Shown: positions 44,764-54,363 of the stretch, one piece after another | Numbering within the stretch: position 1 is the first letter of the stretch | How the letters are laid out: every line of letters begins with the position of its first letter | NCBI GenBank assembly: GCA_020723345.1 | Contig: DYJA01000014.1 | Coordinates: forward strand, 9,293-73,292 | Source of the DNA: Candidatus Aquidulcis sp. | GTDB lineage: Bacteria; Chloroflexota; Anaerolineae; UBA4142 | Direction: 5' to 3' | DNA: 64,000 nucleotides | Notes under the pieces: model-generated | Databases searched by the model: none | Told to the model about the DNA's origin: nothing | What the model saw: the letters and a program-made list of their open reading frames with translations, nothing else | Translations under genes and position numbers: made by a program

Positions 44764-45921
44764 TCACTGCTTCTGGAATTCCACCTTCACCGTCATGCCC
44801 CAACGCAGTTCGGCGTCCGTCGGATCGAGCAAAATCGTTACGACGTACGAAACCTCGCCCGTCGAAAGCGTGACGGCTTGCGACGCAATGTTCGTCACTT
44901 TGCCGAGCAACACTTTGTTTGCCAACGCGTTCACCGTCACCTTGGCGGTTTGCCCCACCTTGACGCGCGCCGCGCTCCATTCATCCAAATCAATCGTTTC
45001 GACGCGCCAACGCGTAATGTCGGCAACGGTTGCGATGACAGCGCCCGCGCTTACGCTTTCGCCTTGACGCAGCCGGAGATTCGTCAACGTCCCGTCGAAC
45101 GGCGCGACGAGAACGGCTTTGGCGAGCGCGGCTTGCGCCTGCTCCAACGCCGTCTGCGCCTGCTTGACGCGCGCGTCCAAGACCGCGAGATCGGCGGGGC
45201 GCGCGCCGTTCTTCTTCGCGCTGAGCGCGGCTTGCGCGTTGACGACTTGGGCTTCCGCTGCCGCCAGCGTCGCTGCGTCCACCTTGATTTTTAATTCGTA
45301 ATTCGCTTTCGCGATCTGATAATCGAGCGTCGCTTGTTGCAGCGCGAGCGCCTGCGGCGTCATTCCGATTTCGGGATTGCTCGCGCCGCCGATCCGATCG
45401 TACGCGGCTTGGGCTTGCGCGACCACGGCTTGGGCTTTAGCCAAATTCGCCAGCGCGATTTGCAGATCGGGTCCGCTGACGCCGCTTTTTACCTTCGCGT
45501 AATTCGCCTCCGCGGTCCGCAGGTTCGCCTCCGCCGCGCCGATTTCTTCGGAGCGCGCGGGCGTCCTCGCCTGAGTCAGTGTCGACACCGCCACCGCCAG
45601 CGCGTCTTGCGCGTTCTGCGCCTGCAATTCCAAATCGCGCGTGTCCAGCCGCGCGATCTCATTGCCGGACCTGATCTTGTCGTTTTCTTTCGCGGCGACG
45701 CGAGCAACCGTCCCGCCCACGCCAAACGACAACCACGCGAATTGATTCGGAACGATATTGCCCTTCGCCGTAACGAGTGATTCGGCAGCCGCTGCCGCCG
45801 TCGGCGTAGCAAGCGCGCGTTGCGCGGCGAGATTCACGTTGCGCAACACACCAATCAGCCACAAACCGCCGACGAGCAACGCGAGAACAAATCCGACGAC
45901 GAGCCAATTCCGTCGAGACAT
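44764..45921 (-). CDS. HlyD-family efflux periplasmic adaptor subunit
   Basis: Track ORF 44764..46560 trimmed to MSRRNWLVVGFVLALLVGG... (ATG 45921, GGGAGGA upstream). Long Ala/Gln coiled coil and a C-terminal beta-barrel. Confidence 0.85.
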   Translation of the reverse strand: MSRRNWLVVGFVLALLVGGLWLIGVLRNVNLAAQRALATPTAAAAAESLVTAKGNIVPNQFAWLSFGVGGTVARVAAKENDKIRSGNEIARLDTRDLELQAQNAQDALAVAVSTLTQARTPARSEEIGAAEANLRTAEANYAKVKSGVSGPDLQIALANLAKAQAVVAQAQAAYDRIGGASNPEIGMTPQALALQQATLDYQIAKANYELKIKVDAATLAAAEAQVVNAQAALSAKKNGARPADLAVLDARVKQAQTALEQAQAALAKAVLVAPFDGTLTNLRLRQGESVSAGAVIATVADITRWRVETIDLDEWSAARVKVGQTAKVTVNALANKVLLGKVTNIASQAVTLSTGEVSYVVTILLDPTDAELRWGMTVKVEFQKQ

Positions 45922-45975
45922 AGTTCCTCCCGGACACATAATACAACAATCGTCAGAGAGGTCAAATAACGAAAA

Positions 45976-46008
45976 AGACCTGGAAGGTTTTGAAAACCTT
46001 CCAGGTCT
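45976..46008 (-). terminator. Rho-independent terminator after the bactofilin-like membrane gene
   Basis: The minus strand reads agacctggaaggtttt-c-aaaaccttccaggtct followed by TTTTTCGTTATTT. Confidence 0.8.
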
Positions 46009-46013
46009 CTCAT

Positions 46014-47177
46014 CTAGATATCCACGCCCGGATCGTTTGACGCCGCAGGCGCGCTCGGCGCAACCGGCGGCGTCGGCGCGACAGGTGCGAGCGCAGTTGG
46101 CGGATACGGTCGCGTTCCGAAACGCGTCAGCACAACCGCGCCGACCGCCAGCGTCGCGATGAACAGCCACACAACCCAGCCCACTACCGGCACCGAAGTG
46201 ACGAGCCACAGCGCGATGACGCCGACGATCATCGAAAGAATCGGCACAATGTTCTTCGCCTTGAACGCGTTCAACAATCGCTCGCCGATGATGACGCTGA
46301 TCGCGATCCAGCCCAACACAATCGCGGCGACAAACGCAACTCCCAGCACGAGCGAAAGCGGAATGCCGAGACAAGTGATGACGAAGAGAACGATCAGCGG
46401 CGGCACGACGAGCCAGGTCAAGCAACCGACACCCAAACTCGGCGCGGCGGATTTTTGCGCGACCTGCGCGACCTGGTTCAACTGCGTCGGCAAGAACACC
46501 AGGATCAGCGCGCCCAGCGCGGCAAGCGCAAGCGTATTGACCAGGTTCTTGAAAAACCAACCGAACGCGCTATCCCAAAAACTCCAACCGTTGAAGAACG
46601 ACCAATCGCCGTAGCGGAATGGCAGAAGGAACGGAGACCCCGAGCGCCACTGAAAGCGCGGGTCTTTGGGATCAGTCACTCGCTCCGTTTTGCCGCGCAC
46701 GACCGCGCCTTCTTTCTTGTCGACCGTCCCGCCGATGACGGTTACATCGCGCCCGATCACCGCCGTCGGTTCGAGAATCACGTTGCCGCCGAACACGACG
46801 ACGTCGCGATCCACCTGTCCCGCGATGCGTACGCTGCCGGTTTGCACTTGCGCCAGCGATTGGTCGACGTTCTCCGTAGTGGAACGACGACTCACGAAAC
46901 GCGCATCGCCGCCAAAGACGACAACATCGTCTTCAACGCGCGCGCCTTGTTCGATCACCACTTGTCCGCCAAACGATACGACATCTTTGCGAACGCGCGC
47001 GCCGTTCTGAATCAACGCGCCGCAGCCGAAGAGCACTACACTGTCCGCCGTTTCATCCGCACGCAGCACCAAATCGTCGCCAAAGCAAATGCGATCGCGC
47101 GAATCATCCGCGAACACAGGCGTCGCCAGCAACACGAGCAACACCAGCGCGATTCCAACTCCAAGTAAACGTTTCAT
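46014..47177 (-). CDS. secreted/membrane protein with bactofilin-like (polymer-forming) repeat domain and polytopic C-terminal domain
   Basis: Trimmed to MKRLLGVGIALVLLVLLATPVFA (signal). Repeats VVLFGCGALIQNGARVRKDVVSFGGQVVIEQGARVEDDVVVFGG..., then ~6 TM helices. ATGA overlap with the anti-sigma gene. Confidence 0.7.
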   Translation of the reverse strand: MKRLLGVGIALVLLVLLATPVFADDSRDRICFGDDLVLRADETADSVVLFGCGALIQNGARVRKDVVSFGGQVVIEQGARVEDDVVVFGGDARFVSRRSTTENVDQSLAQVQTGSVRIAGQVDRDVVVFGGNVILEPTAVIGRDVTVIGGTVDKKEGAVVRGKTERVTDPKDPRFQWRSGSPFLLPFRYGDWSFFNGWSFWDSAFGWFFKNLVNTLALAALGALILVFLPTQLNQVAQVAQKSAAPSLGVGCLTWLVVPPLIVLFVITCLGIPLSLVLGVAFVAAIVLGWIAISVIIGERLLNAFKAKNIVPILSMIVGVIALWLVTSVPVVGWVVWLFIATLAVGAVVLTRFGTRPYPPTALAPVAPTPPVAPSAPAASNDPGVDI

Positions 47178-47614
47178 TTTCGTAGACCTCCCACGTGATT
47201 TGTGGAGAGCGACAATTGGAACGAGCCAGTCACCACGCGCACCCAAAGCATCGTCAAAGCGAAGATCATCACCGCGCCCAGCGCCACCGGCGTCGGATCG
47301 AGATTATTCGCAATCGCGTTCGCGGCGATCCAGAACGCCTCGATCACTTTGTTCACCCAAAACGCGATCACTCCAACCGCACTGGGCAAAGTGATGATCA
47401 CTTGCGGATTCGTGATGAGCAACCAACCTACTGACGCGAGTTCAAACGCGACGAACAGAATGACGGCGATTGCCGCGCCGACGAGCAAAGCGGATCCGAT
47501 CAATGCTCGCCGCCGCGCGCGCACGCGTTCGCGTTCGGCGAGGCGCGTCATCACGCGCGTCGTAAAGCCCGGCGCGGGTGAAATCATCACAAAGCGATCT
47601 TGGTTCTCCATCAC
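47174..47614 (-). CDS. putative anti-sigma factor (membrane protein)
   Basis: Overlaps the ECF sigma stop by 4 nt. Short cytoplasmic N-terminus and 3-4 TM helices. Assignment is by position. Confidence 0.55.
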   Translation of the reverse strand: MMENQDRFVMISPAPGFTTRVMTRLAERERVRARRRALIGSALLVGAAIAVILFVAFELASVGWLLITNPQVIITLPSAVGVIAFWVNKVIEAFWIAANAIANNLDPTPVALGAVMIFALTMLWVRVVTGSFQLSLSTNHVGGLRK

Positions 47615-48219
47615 AAACTCACTCCTCGCTTGACCGCTGACCGCAGACCGTTGACCGCCGCGGCTGTCGGCGGTCGTCCGTCGGCGGTCATTGCACGCGC
47701 CAACGCGCGCCGCGCGCGGTGGAGTTTCACCTTGACCGCGCCCACCGAATCGCCGGTCGTCTGCGCGATCTCTTCGACCGACTGCTCGTGCCAGTACTTG
47801 AGCACGACGACCAAGCGATACGCCGGGGACAGTCGTTCCAGCGCACCCGCGATTTCTTGCGCGCTCTCATGCCGCAGCGCCTCGTTGGCTGGCTCGGGCG
47901 CGTCGCTCGCCAACGACTCGTCGAGCGCGTCGTCTTCGAGCGACAGCCACAGGAACTTGCGGCGGCGCAGGCGATCGATGCAGTGATGCGCGGCAATCGA
48001 AAGTAGCCATGTCGCGAATTTCTGATCGACCCGGAATGTTTTCAATTGCGAATACGCGCGCAGAAAAGTTTCCTGCGCCGCGTCTTCGGCATCGTTGGCA
48101 TTGCCCAACATGCGATACGCCAGATTGTACACGGGCATCTGGTACATTTCGACGAGTTGAGCAAAGGCATTTTGATCGCCGCGTTGCGCGCGCGGCACGA
48201 GCGACTGCTCTTCCAACAT
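47611..48219 (-). CDS. ECF-type RNA polymerase sigma-70 family factor
   Basis: Region 2 (DAEDAAQETFLRAY...FATWLLSIAAHHCIDRLRRR) and region 4 (EIAQTTGDSVGAVKVKLHRAR). Confidence 0.9.
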   Translation of the reverse strand: MLEEQSLVPRAQRGDQNAFAQLVEMYQMPVYNLAYRMLGNANDAEDAAQETFLRAYSQLKTFRVDQKFATWLLSIAAHHCIDRLRRRKFLWLSLEDDALDESLASDAPEPANEALRHESAQEIAGALERLSPAYRLVVVLKYWHEQSVEEIAQTTGDSVGAVKVKLHRARRALARAMTADGRPPTAAAVNGLRSAVKRGVSL

Positions 48220-48289
48220 TGTCCTCTCGCTACAATATACGGGGGAGATCTCAAATGGTTACAAGTTACGCGCACACCATACGCAGTGA

Positions 48290-48362
48290 TGTCATTTCGA
48301 CGAGCGGAGCGAGGAGAAATCCCTCGCAAATCCTGAGATTTTTCCCTTCGCTCGAAATGACA
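48290..48362. repeat. GTCATTTCGAG...GAGAAATC family long hairpin (full copy)
   Basis: tgtcatttcgacgagcggagcgaggagaaatccctcgcaaatcctgagatttttcccttcgctcgaaatgaca. Lies between the ABC-2 permease stop and the ECF sigma start. Confidence 0.85.
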
Positions 48363-48376
48363 GCGCCTAACATCAG

Positions 48377-49615
48377 TTACGCGTTTCGCAGCGCGCGCCA
48401 GATTTCCTTGACAGCGGGGCGTTTGCCGTACATCAGCAAGCCCATTCGAAAAACGCGCGCGCCTGCCCACAACGCAATCGGAATAGAAATCAGCAAAACG
48501 ACGAGACTGCCGATAATATCGATCAGCGGCACTTCGGACATCGGCAGACGCAGCATCATCATCGTCGGCGCAGTGAGCGGAAAGAAACTCAGCACGCGCG
48601 GCAGCAACGCGTTCGGATTGGCGAGCAGAACACCATAGAAGAACCAAGGAATGACCGCGCAAAAAGTAAACAGCCCGGCGATCTGTTGACTCTCGCGCAT
48701 ACTCGTGCCGAGCGAACCAGCCGCCGCCATCAGCGAGCCGTAGAGCAAATAGCCGAGCAGAAAATAGAGCGCGGCGACGACGAACGAACCCGGATTGAGC
48801 AAAACGACCGCGCCCGCGACAAGCGCGCCGATCCCGCCGCTCAACAAAAATCCCGATCCCAGCCACACGATAACCTGGGTCAAACCGAGCGCGCCCAATC
48901 CGATCACCTTGCCCGCCAGCAATTCCGTCGGTGAGACCGATGATAGAATGATCTCGATGACGCGCGATTCCTTTTCTTCACTCACGGAGCGCAAGAGATA
49001 ACCGGATGCGGCGAATACGGAAACGAAAAGCAAAATCGAAAAAATGTACGGCGCGACGAATCCCGCGATGAATGAGAAACTGCCGCCGCCTTGCCGATTG
49101 CCTTTTGAGTCGAGCGTCACCAAATCGAGTTTGATGGGATTGGTCGCGCGCGTCAGCGTTGCATCGTTTACCTTGCCCGTCAACAATCCGTTCACCAAGA
49201 AAGTACGTAGATCGCCCGATTCGGTTGACGCGGAACCGCTGATAATATTCTCCGTGTACGCAGTGACTTGGCCCGTCGCCAAATAATCGCTGGCGATCAC
49301 ATAGTACGCGCGAATTTTTTCCGCCAACAGCGCGCGCTTTGCCGATTCTTCATCGTCGAACGCGACGAAACCTTTGGCAAACACCGACGCGATGGGCGTG
49401 AACAAACGCGAATCGTCGACGATCCCGGCGGGCTTGGCGGGCGGCACGAATTGACTGCGCGCCAGACTCAACATTTGTCCCGAAAAGAATCCAGCGGCGA
49501 TGAGTCCGAGCAATCCGAGCGCGGGAAACAACAACGTCACGAAAATGAACCCGATGCGGCGAACGTTGACGACGTACTCGTGCCACGCAATCGTGGCAAT
49601 CTTGTCGAGACGCAT
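48377..49615 (-). CDS. ABC-2 type transporter permease (NatB-like)
   Basis: 412 aa. N-terminal TM helix, large extracytoplasmic loop and 5 C-terminal TM helices. Follows the ATPase with a 1-nt gap. Confidence 0.85.
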   Translation of the reverse strand: MRLDKIATIAWHEYVVNVRRIGFIFVTLLFPALGLLGLIAAGFFSGQMLSLARSQFVPPAKPAGIVDDSRLFTPIASVFAKGFVAFDDEESAKRALLAEKIRAYYVIASDYLATGQVTAYTENIISGSASTESGDLRTFLVNGLLTGKVNDATLTRATNPIKLDLVTLDSKGNRQGGGSFSFIAGFVAPYIFSILLFVSVFAASGYLLRSVSEEKESRVIEIILSSVSPTELLAGKVIGLGALGLTQVIVWLGSGFLLSGGIGALVAGAVVLLNPGSFVVAALYFLLGYLLYGSLMAAAGSLGTSMRESQQIAGLFTFCAVIPWFFYGVLLANPNALLPRVLSFFPLTAPTMMMLRLPMSEVPLIDIIGSLVVLLISIPIALWAGARVFRMGLLMYGKRPAVKEIWRALRNA

Positions 49616-49616
49616 C

Positions 49617-50510
49617 CTATTCTCCCTTCACCACCGTGACGAAGATCTGCTCCAAAGGCATCGTCGCCAGCGCGAATTGCTCAACGAACAACCCTTGCTC
49701 CAGGATTCTTTTCAGGAAATCGCGCGGCGCGATATGCGGCTGCAAGTACACAACTTGCTTGCGATCGCGCGCCTCGACGCGCGCCACCTCCGCCCAACCC
49801 TGCCAATCGAGCGGCGGCGCGATCTCAATCGCGTTCGGCGCGAATTGTTTCTTGATGTCCGCAAGCGCGCCGTACAGCACCGCGCGTCCGTGATGAATCA
49901 GCAGAATGCGTTCGCACAACGCCTCGACCCGGCTCATCTCATGCGCGGAGAGCACAATCGTCTTGCCGTGCGCGCGCAAGTCGCGAATCAGGTCTTTGAC
50001 GACCTCGCTGTTGACCGGATCGAGTCCTTGAAATGGTTCGTCCAGAATTACAAGGGCAGGATCGTGAATGATGCTCGCGACGATCTGCAATTTCTGATGC
50101 ATCCCGCGCGACAAATCTTGCGCTTTTTTGCGCGACCATTCCGCAAGCCCAACCTGTTCGAGCAGCGCCGCCGCGCGTTTGCGCGCAGACGCCACCGACA
50201 TTCCTTTCAGTCGTCCCAAGTACACCAGCGTCTCGTCCAAGCGCAAACCGCGATACAACCCGCGCTCTTCCGGCAAATAACCGACGCGCTCGCGCGCCGC
50301 GCCGGGCGCGCCGCCTAACACGCGCACGGTACCGGCATCGGCTTTGAGAATGTCCATCAAAACGCGGATCGTCGTCGTCTTGCCCGCGCCATTGGGACCC
50401 AACATTCCGAATATTTCGCCGCGACCCACTTGGAAATCCAATTGGTCGACCGCGATCACATCGCCGTAAACCTTGCGTAAATCCTCGACTTGAATCGCGT
50501 ACTCAGCCAT
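49617..50510 (-). CDS. ABC transporter ATP-binding protein (NatA/CcmA-like)
   Basis: GPNGAGKTT, LSRGMHQKL, LVILDEPFQGLD. Confidence 0.95.
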   Translation of the reverse strand: MAEYAIQVEDLRKVYGDVIAVDQLDFQVGRGEIFGMLGPNGAGKTTTIRVLMDILKADAGTVRVLGGAPGAARERVGYLPEERGLYRGLRLDETLVYLGRLKGMSVASARKRAAALLEQVGLAEWSRKKAQDLSRGMHQKLQIVASIIHDPALVILDEPFQGLDPVNSEVVKDLIRDLRAHGKTIVLSAHEMSRVEALCERILLIHHGRAVLYGALADIKKQFAPNAIEIAPPLDWQGWAEVARVEARDRKQVVYLQPHIAPRDFLKRILEQGLFVEQFALATMPLEQIFVTVVKGE

Positions 50511-50533
50511 TCATACTATCCTTCCTATCCGTA

Positions 50534-51547
50534 CTACACTGTCGTCGTAGGAACGATTGTTGTGGTCGGTGACGGAGTTGCCGTCGCCGCGAGATACCCT
50601 TCCGTCCAATACGCGGATTGAAAGGTCTGATACAATCCGCTGATGAACAACAGGAGCAACAGCGCCGGAATTCCAAGAACAGCACCCGCGACAATCGCGC
50701 CCGCGATCGAATTCGCCAGCCAGTAGATGAGGATTGCCACGCCGGCTGGGATCGCGATCAAGATCAACACAATCGGAATCATCAGCAAACCAAAACCGAT
50801 GCCGATCCCGATCGCAAGAATGTACAGCACGGCGACGTTGCCCAGGTTCGCGCGGACGATGCGGTACCCCTCGCGGATCGAATCCATCACACCGCTCTTT
50901 TTGACGACACACGTTCGCACGATGAATTCGTAGAACGGGTGAATCACGAAACCGATCACAATCAAAACCAGCGCCGCGCAACAAATCAACGCAATCGAGC
51001 CGATGCTCCCCGCCACCGCGACGGCGATCAATTCACTCGGCGCGGTGCGACCGGCGCTGATGAGCGGCATCAACGCCAAGATCAACGGCAGCGCGGCAAG
51101 CAAAATCACCGCGAACGAAAAGAGCATCAATGGAATGTTGATCGCCAGCGCGATGCCGAGCAATCGCCAGAAATGTTCCGCGCCGATGCTGAACCCGCGT
51201 CGAACCGTCGGCGTCTTTTCGTGCGCTTCCAACTCCTGTACCAATCCGATCAGCGCGGCGCGGCTGACAAAACGCAAGATGATCGAAAGCACAAGCCAAA
51301 CGAGCGCAAAGCAGACGACCGCGGCGATCAAGATCGTGATCAGTTGCCACGTTTCCGACGAAAGCGTTGGCATCGTCGGAAAATCGCCGCGACCGGCGCC
51401 GCGACCGCCGCTACCGCCACTGCTTGGGAAATTGAAACTGCCGCTCCCGCTGCCGCCAAACAGCGCGAGCAGAACACCGAACAGCCACAGCGCGCGATAC
51501 TTGCGCGTAATCTCGAACGAGCGCACCAAAATTTTTCCGTAATCCAT
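50534..51547 (-). CDS. hypothetical polytopic membrane protein
   Basis: 337 aa. Gly-rich loop (GGSGSGSFNFPSSGGSGGRGAGRG) and 6-7 TM helices. The long antisense track ORF (50618..52897) is a shadow in this part. Confidence 0.7.
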   Translation of the reverse strand: MDYGKILVRSFEITRKYRALWLFGVLLALFGGSGSGSFNFPSSGGSGGRGAGRGDFPTMPTLSSETWQLITILIAAVVCFALVWLVLSIILRFVSRAALIGLVQELEAHEKTPTVRRGFSIGAEHFWRLLGIALAINIPLMLFSFAVILLAALPLILALMPLISAGRTAPSELIAVAVAGSIGSIALICCAALVLIVIGFVIHPFYEFIVRTCVVKKSGVMDSIREGYRIVRANLGNVAVLYILAIGIGIGFGLLMIPIVLILIAIPAGVAILIYWLANSIAGAIVAGAVLGIPALLLLLFISGLYQTFQSAYWTEGYLAATATPSPTTTIVPTTTV

Positions 51548-51556
51548 TCTGCCCCC

Positions 51557-51627
51557 ATTTCTGATTTAGGATTTATGATTTCTGATTTCAGAATTGCACT
51601 TCTCGGGAAAACAAATCATAAATCCAT
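51557..51627. repeat. heptamer array (ATTTMKG x5) with a partial complementary arm
   Basis: atttctg atttagg atttatg atttctg atttcag ... aaatcataaatcc pairs with ggatttatgattt. Divergent intergenic region. Confidence 0.85.
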
Positions 51628-51685
51628 TTGTTTGACAAACCATTGGACATCAAGTATAGTCGCATCGTTTTTCTGCGGAATCACT

Positions 51686-52897
51686 ATGCAACGCTTCTCC
51701 ACTCTCCGCGCGGAATTTCCGCGTCAATTCTGGATCATTTTCGGTGGCACGCTGATCAATTCGACCGGCAGCGGGATGGTTTTCCCCTTTATCACGCTGT
51801 ACTTGCGCCAGCGCCTCAACGTCTCGATCACCTATGTCGGCGTGATCTTGATGTTCTGGTCGGTCAGCGCGCTCGTCGGGCAAATCGTCGGCGGCGCGTT
51901 CGCGGATCGCTTTGGACGCAAACGCTTGATGGTTTTCAGTCTGGCGAGTAACGCGGCAATGCTCACGCTGTTCGGGCTTGCCGATTCGTTCGCCCTCGCC
52001 GCTATCGTCGTCAGCGTGACGGGTTTTGTCAACGCGCTGTACCAACCCGCGCGCGACGCGATGATCGCCGACCTGGTCGGATCGGACAGACGACCGCAAG
52101 CGTACGGCTTGATCCGCGTCGTCGCGAACCTGGGCATCGCGATCGGCCCCGCGATTGGCGGCTTTCTCGCCGCGCAATCGTACTTGATCTCGTTTCTGTG
52201 CAGCGCAAGCGCGACGTTCACCTATTTTCTGATCACGGCGCTCTTGATGCGCGAAACCAAGCCGAACGCGCCGCCGCATCACGCGACTGCCGCCGCGCCC
52301 GGCAACCTGATAACTGTTTTGCGCGACACGCGCTTTGTCGCCTTTTGCGCGGGCGCAATCTGTTGTACGATTCTTGCCGCGCAAATGATGGCAGTTCTGC
52401 CGGTGTACATGAAAGATCAATTTGGCTTGGGCGAAACCTATTTCGGCTGGGTGATGACGACGAACGCCGGAATGGTTGTCTTGCTGCAACTGCCGATCAC
52501 GCGCGTTACGCGAGAAATACCGCGCCTTGTTCTCACCGCCATGGGCGCGCTGCTGTACGCGCTCGGCGTCGGCGGGATCGCGCTCGGCAGCGCGTTCCCA
52601 CATTTCATCGCGGCGATGGTCGTGTTTACGTTCGGCGAAATGATTCTCGTGCCAACCTCCACCGCCGTTACCGCCGATCTCGCGCCCGCCGATCTGCGCG
52701 GTCGGTACATGGGTATGTTGGGACTGACGTGGAGCGTCGGTTTCGGCGTCGGTCCGATCATCGGCGGCTTGATCAGCGATCACCTCGCGCCGATTGCGTT
52801 GTGGCCCCTCACCGCGCTCTCAGGAATCATCGCCGCGATTATTTTTCTCGCGATTGCGCGACTTGCGCCTCTTCGGGCATCACGCGCGACAATCTAG
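51686..52897 (+). CDS. MFS transporter
   Basis: Track ORF 50618..52897 trimmed to MQRFSTLRAEFPRQFWIIFGG... GGAFADRFGRKR motif A. 12 TM-like segments. Confidence 0.85.
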   Translation: MQRFSTLRAEFPRQFWIIFGGTLINSTGSGMVFPFITLYLRQRLNVSITYVGVILMFWSVSALVGQIVGGAFADRFGRKRLMVFSLASNAAMLTLFGLADSFALAAIVVSVTGFVNALYQPARDAMIADLVGSDRRPQAYGLIRVVANLGIAIGPAIGGFLAAQSYLISFLCSASATFTYFLITALLMRETKPNAPPHHATAAAPGNLITVLRDTRFVAFCAGAICCTILAAQMMAVLPVYMKDQFGLGETYFGWVMTTNAGMVVLLQLPITRVTREIPRLVLTAMGALLYALGVGGIALGSAFPHFIAAMVVFTFGEMILVPTSTAVTADLAPADLRGRYMGMLGLTWSVGFGVGPIIGGLISDHLAPIALWPLTALSGIIAAIIFLAIARLAPLRASRATI

Positions 52898-52968
52898 TCA
52901 CGTCAATCTTATCTACGCACCAAGTCCATTCAAGTTACAACTATTTGCCATACGCGATTAGCCATTCG

Positions 52969-53793
52969 CTATCTTCCCCACCGCGCTTTTTCCTGCTCCG
53001 TCACGCGCGCCGTCAAATCAAGCGCCAACAGCGAAACTGAAACGACGTGATCGATCATCACCGCGCGCACATCTGAATCGAGTTCCGGCGTTTCGGGATC
53101 GAGGCACAATTCGTACGTATCGAGCGACTTGCCGCGCGGTGTCTGCGTAATCACCGAACGATAATAGTTTTTCCGCGAGACGCGCGTCCAACGCCACGAC
53201 GTCGTCTCGCGCGCATTCTCCGGCACATTCACGTTGACGACGTCCGCACCGCGCGGCATTCCGCGTTCGAGAATTCGCCGCGCAAATTTTTTCGCGAAAT
53301 GTCCTGCGATCGTAAAATCAATTTCGTCGCTGTGCGTGAAATGATATTTCGTGTGTACGACGCGCGAGACCGCCAGCGACGGGAAACCCATACTCGCCGC
53401 CTCCAGTGCTGCGCCAATCGTCCCCGAAATCGTCACGCCGTTACCAACATTCTCGCCATAATTGATTCCCGAAACAATCAACGCCGGTCGACGTTCCGCG
53501 CACACCAACACCGCGTACCGCACCGCCATCGCCGGCGACGCGGCAACCGCGAACGCGCGCACGCGCTTGCCGTCCACGCGATACTCGACCGGTTCAGCCG
53601 CGCCGCCGCCGCTGAACGAACGTCCCATCGAAGTCTGCTGATCGCGCGGCGCGACGATCAACAATTCGCCCAAGTCCCGCAGCGCCTCTGCCAACGCGTG
53701 CAGTCCCGGCGATTCGACGCCGTCGTCGTTCACGAGAACAATGAGGGGAATCTCTGATTTTCGATTTATGATTTTCGATTTATCTTTTAGCAT
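52969..53793 (-). CDS. surE: 5'/3'-nucleotidase SurE
   Basis: LIVLVNDDGVESPGL...GINYGENVG are SurE motifs. The first ~14 codons (MLKDKSKIINRKSE) are encoded by a heptamer repeat, so the true start is uncertain. Confidence 0.85.
   Translation of the reverse strand: MLKDKSKIINRKSEIPLIVLVNDDGVESPGLHALAEALRDLGELLIVAPRDQQTSMGRSFSGGGAAEPVEYRVDGKRVRAFAVAASPAMAVRYAVLVCAERRPALIVSGINYGENVGNGVTISGTIGAALEAASMGFPSLAVSRVVHTKYHFTHSDEIDFTIAGHFAKKFARRILERGMPRGADVVNVNVPENARETTSWRWTRVSRKNYYRSVITQTPRGKSLDTYELCLDPETPELDSDVRAVMIDHVVSVSLLALDLTARVTEQEKARWGR
53753..53788. repeat. direct heptamer array (TTCGATT/TATGATT) encoding the annotated SurE N-terminus
   Basis: tctgatt ttcgatt tatgatt ttcgatt tatcttt. This is the reverse complement of the AAATCGAAAATCATAAATCG family seen at 32541. 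Confidence 0.8.
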
Positions 53794-53814
53794 TTGCTAA
53801 TCGGCATCAAGTTC

Positions 53815-53843
53815 TTGACAATCTATGCAAGCCATTTTACAAT
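53815..53843 (+). promoter_or_regulatory. near-consensus sigma-70 promoter of the RelE/ParE TA operon
   Basis: TTGACA (53815-53820), 17-nt spacer, TACAAT (53838-53843). Confidence 0.65.
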
Positions 53844-53889
53844 GCAAACAGTCCGAATGAGCATTCGCGGCTCTCCAAGGAGAATGGAA

Positions 53890-54363
53890 ATGAAAACCGT
53901 GTTTAGCGACGAAGTTGTTCCTGTTGAAGACTTGAAACGTCGTCAACGATATTGGCTGGCACGCGCGCGCAAGCGCGGTGGATTGACGATTGCCCAAGGC
54001 AAGGTGGCGGATCTCGTCCTTGCCCCACGAGCGATCGTCGCCGCCGGTACGCAAGCGGCGCACCACGCGCAACTGGCAAGCCAATTCTTCCTCGAAATCC
54101 TTGGACTGCATCGCCCTCCATCTGAAAGCGTCGTTTTCCCCTGGCTGAAAGACCTTGACTCCACCGACCAGGAAAACTTCGTCCAAGAGTACATCGAAAC
54201 GCTTGCGCGCTGCGCGTCGAGTGGTCAATGGCAAAACATGGACGAACTCATTGAGGATTGGCAAGCAACTGCCGAAGCGCAGCGCAATCCCGATTTGTTG
54301 AATACATGGCAAACGCGCGGCAATCCAGACGACTATATTCCGGTCGACCGCGCCAATGGCTAA
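53890..54363 (+). CDS. putative antitoxin (Phd/YefM-like N-terminus with ~110-aa C-terminal extension)
   Basis: ATG 53890 lies 7 nt after AAGGAG. The pattern VVPVEDLKRRQRYWLARARKRGGLTIAQGKVADLVLAPRAIV resembles Phd/YefM. Overlaps the toxin gene by 8 nt. Confidence 0.55.
   Translation: MKTVFSDEVVPVEDLKRRQRYWLARARKRGGLTIAQGKVADLVLAPRAIVAAGTQAAHHAQLASQFFLEILGLHRPPSESVVFPWLKDLDSTDQENFVQEYIETLARCASSGQWQNMDELIEDWQATAEAQRNPDLLNTWQTRGNPDDYIPVDRANG

Noticed and set aside
44764-46560. 598-aa ORF suggesting a much longer HlyD protein
   Set aside because: The N-terminal 213 residues are Arg/Ala-rich and overlap the real gene 46014-47177 in another frame. An internal ATG at 45921 with GGGAGGA and a signal-anchor sequence is the credible start. 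The same trimming applies to 50618..52897(+) and 54629..55924(-).
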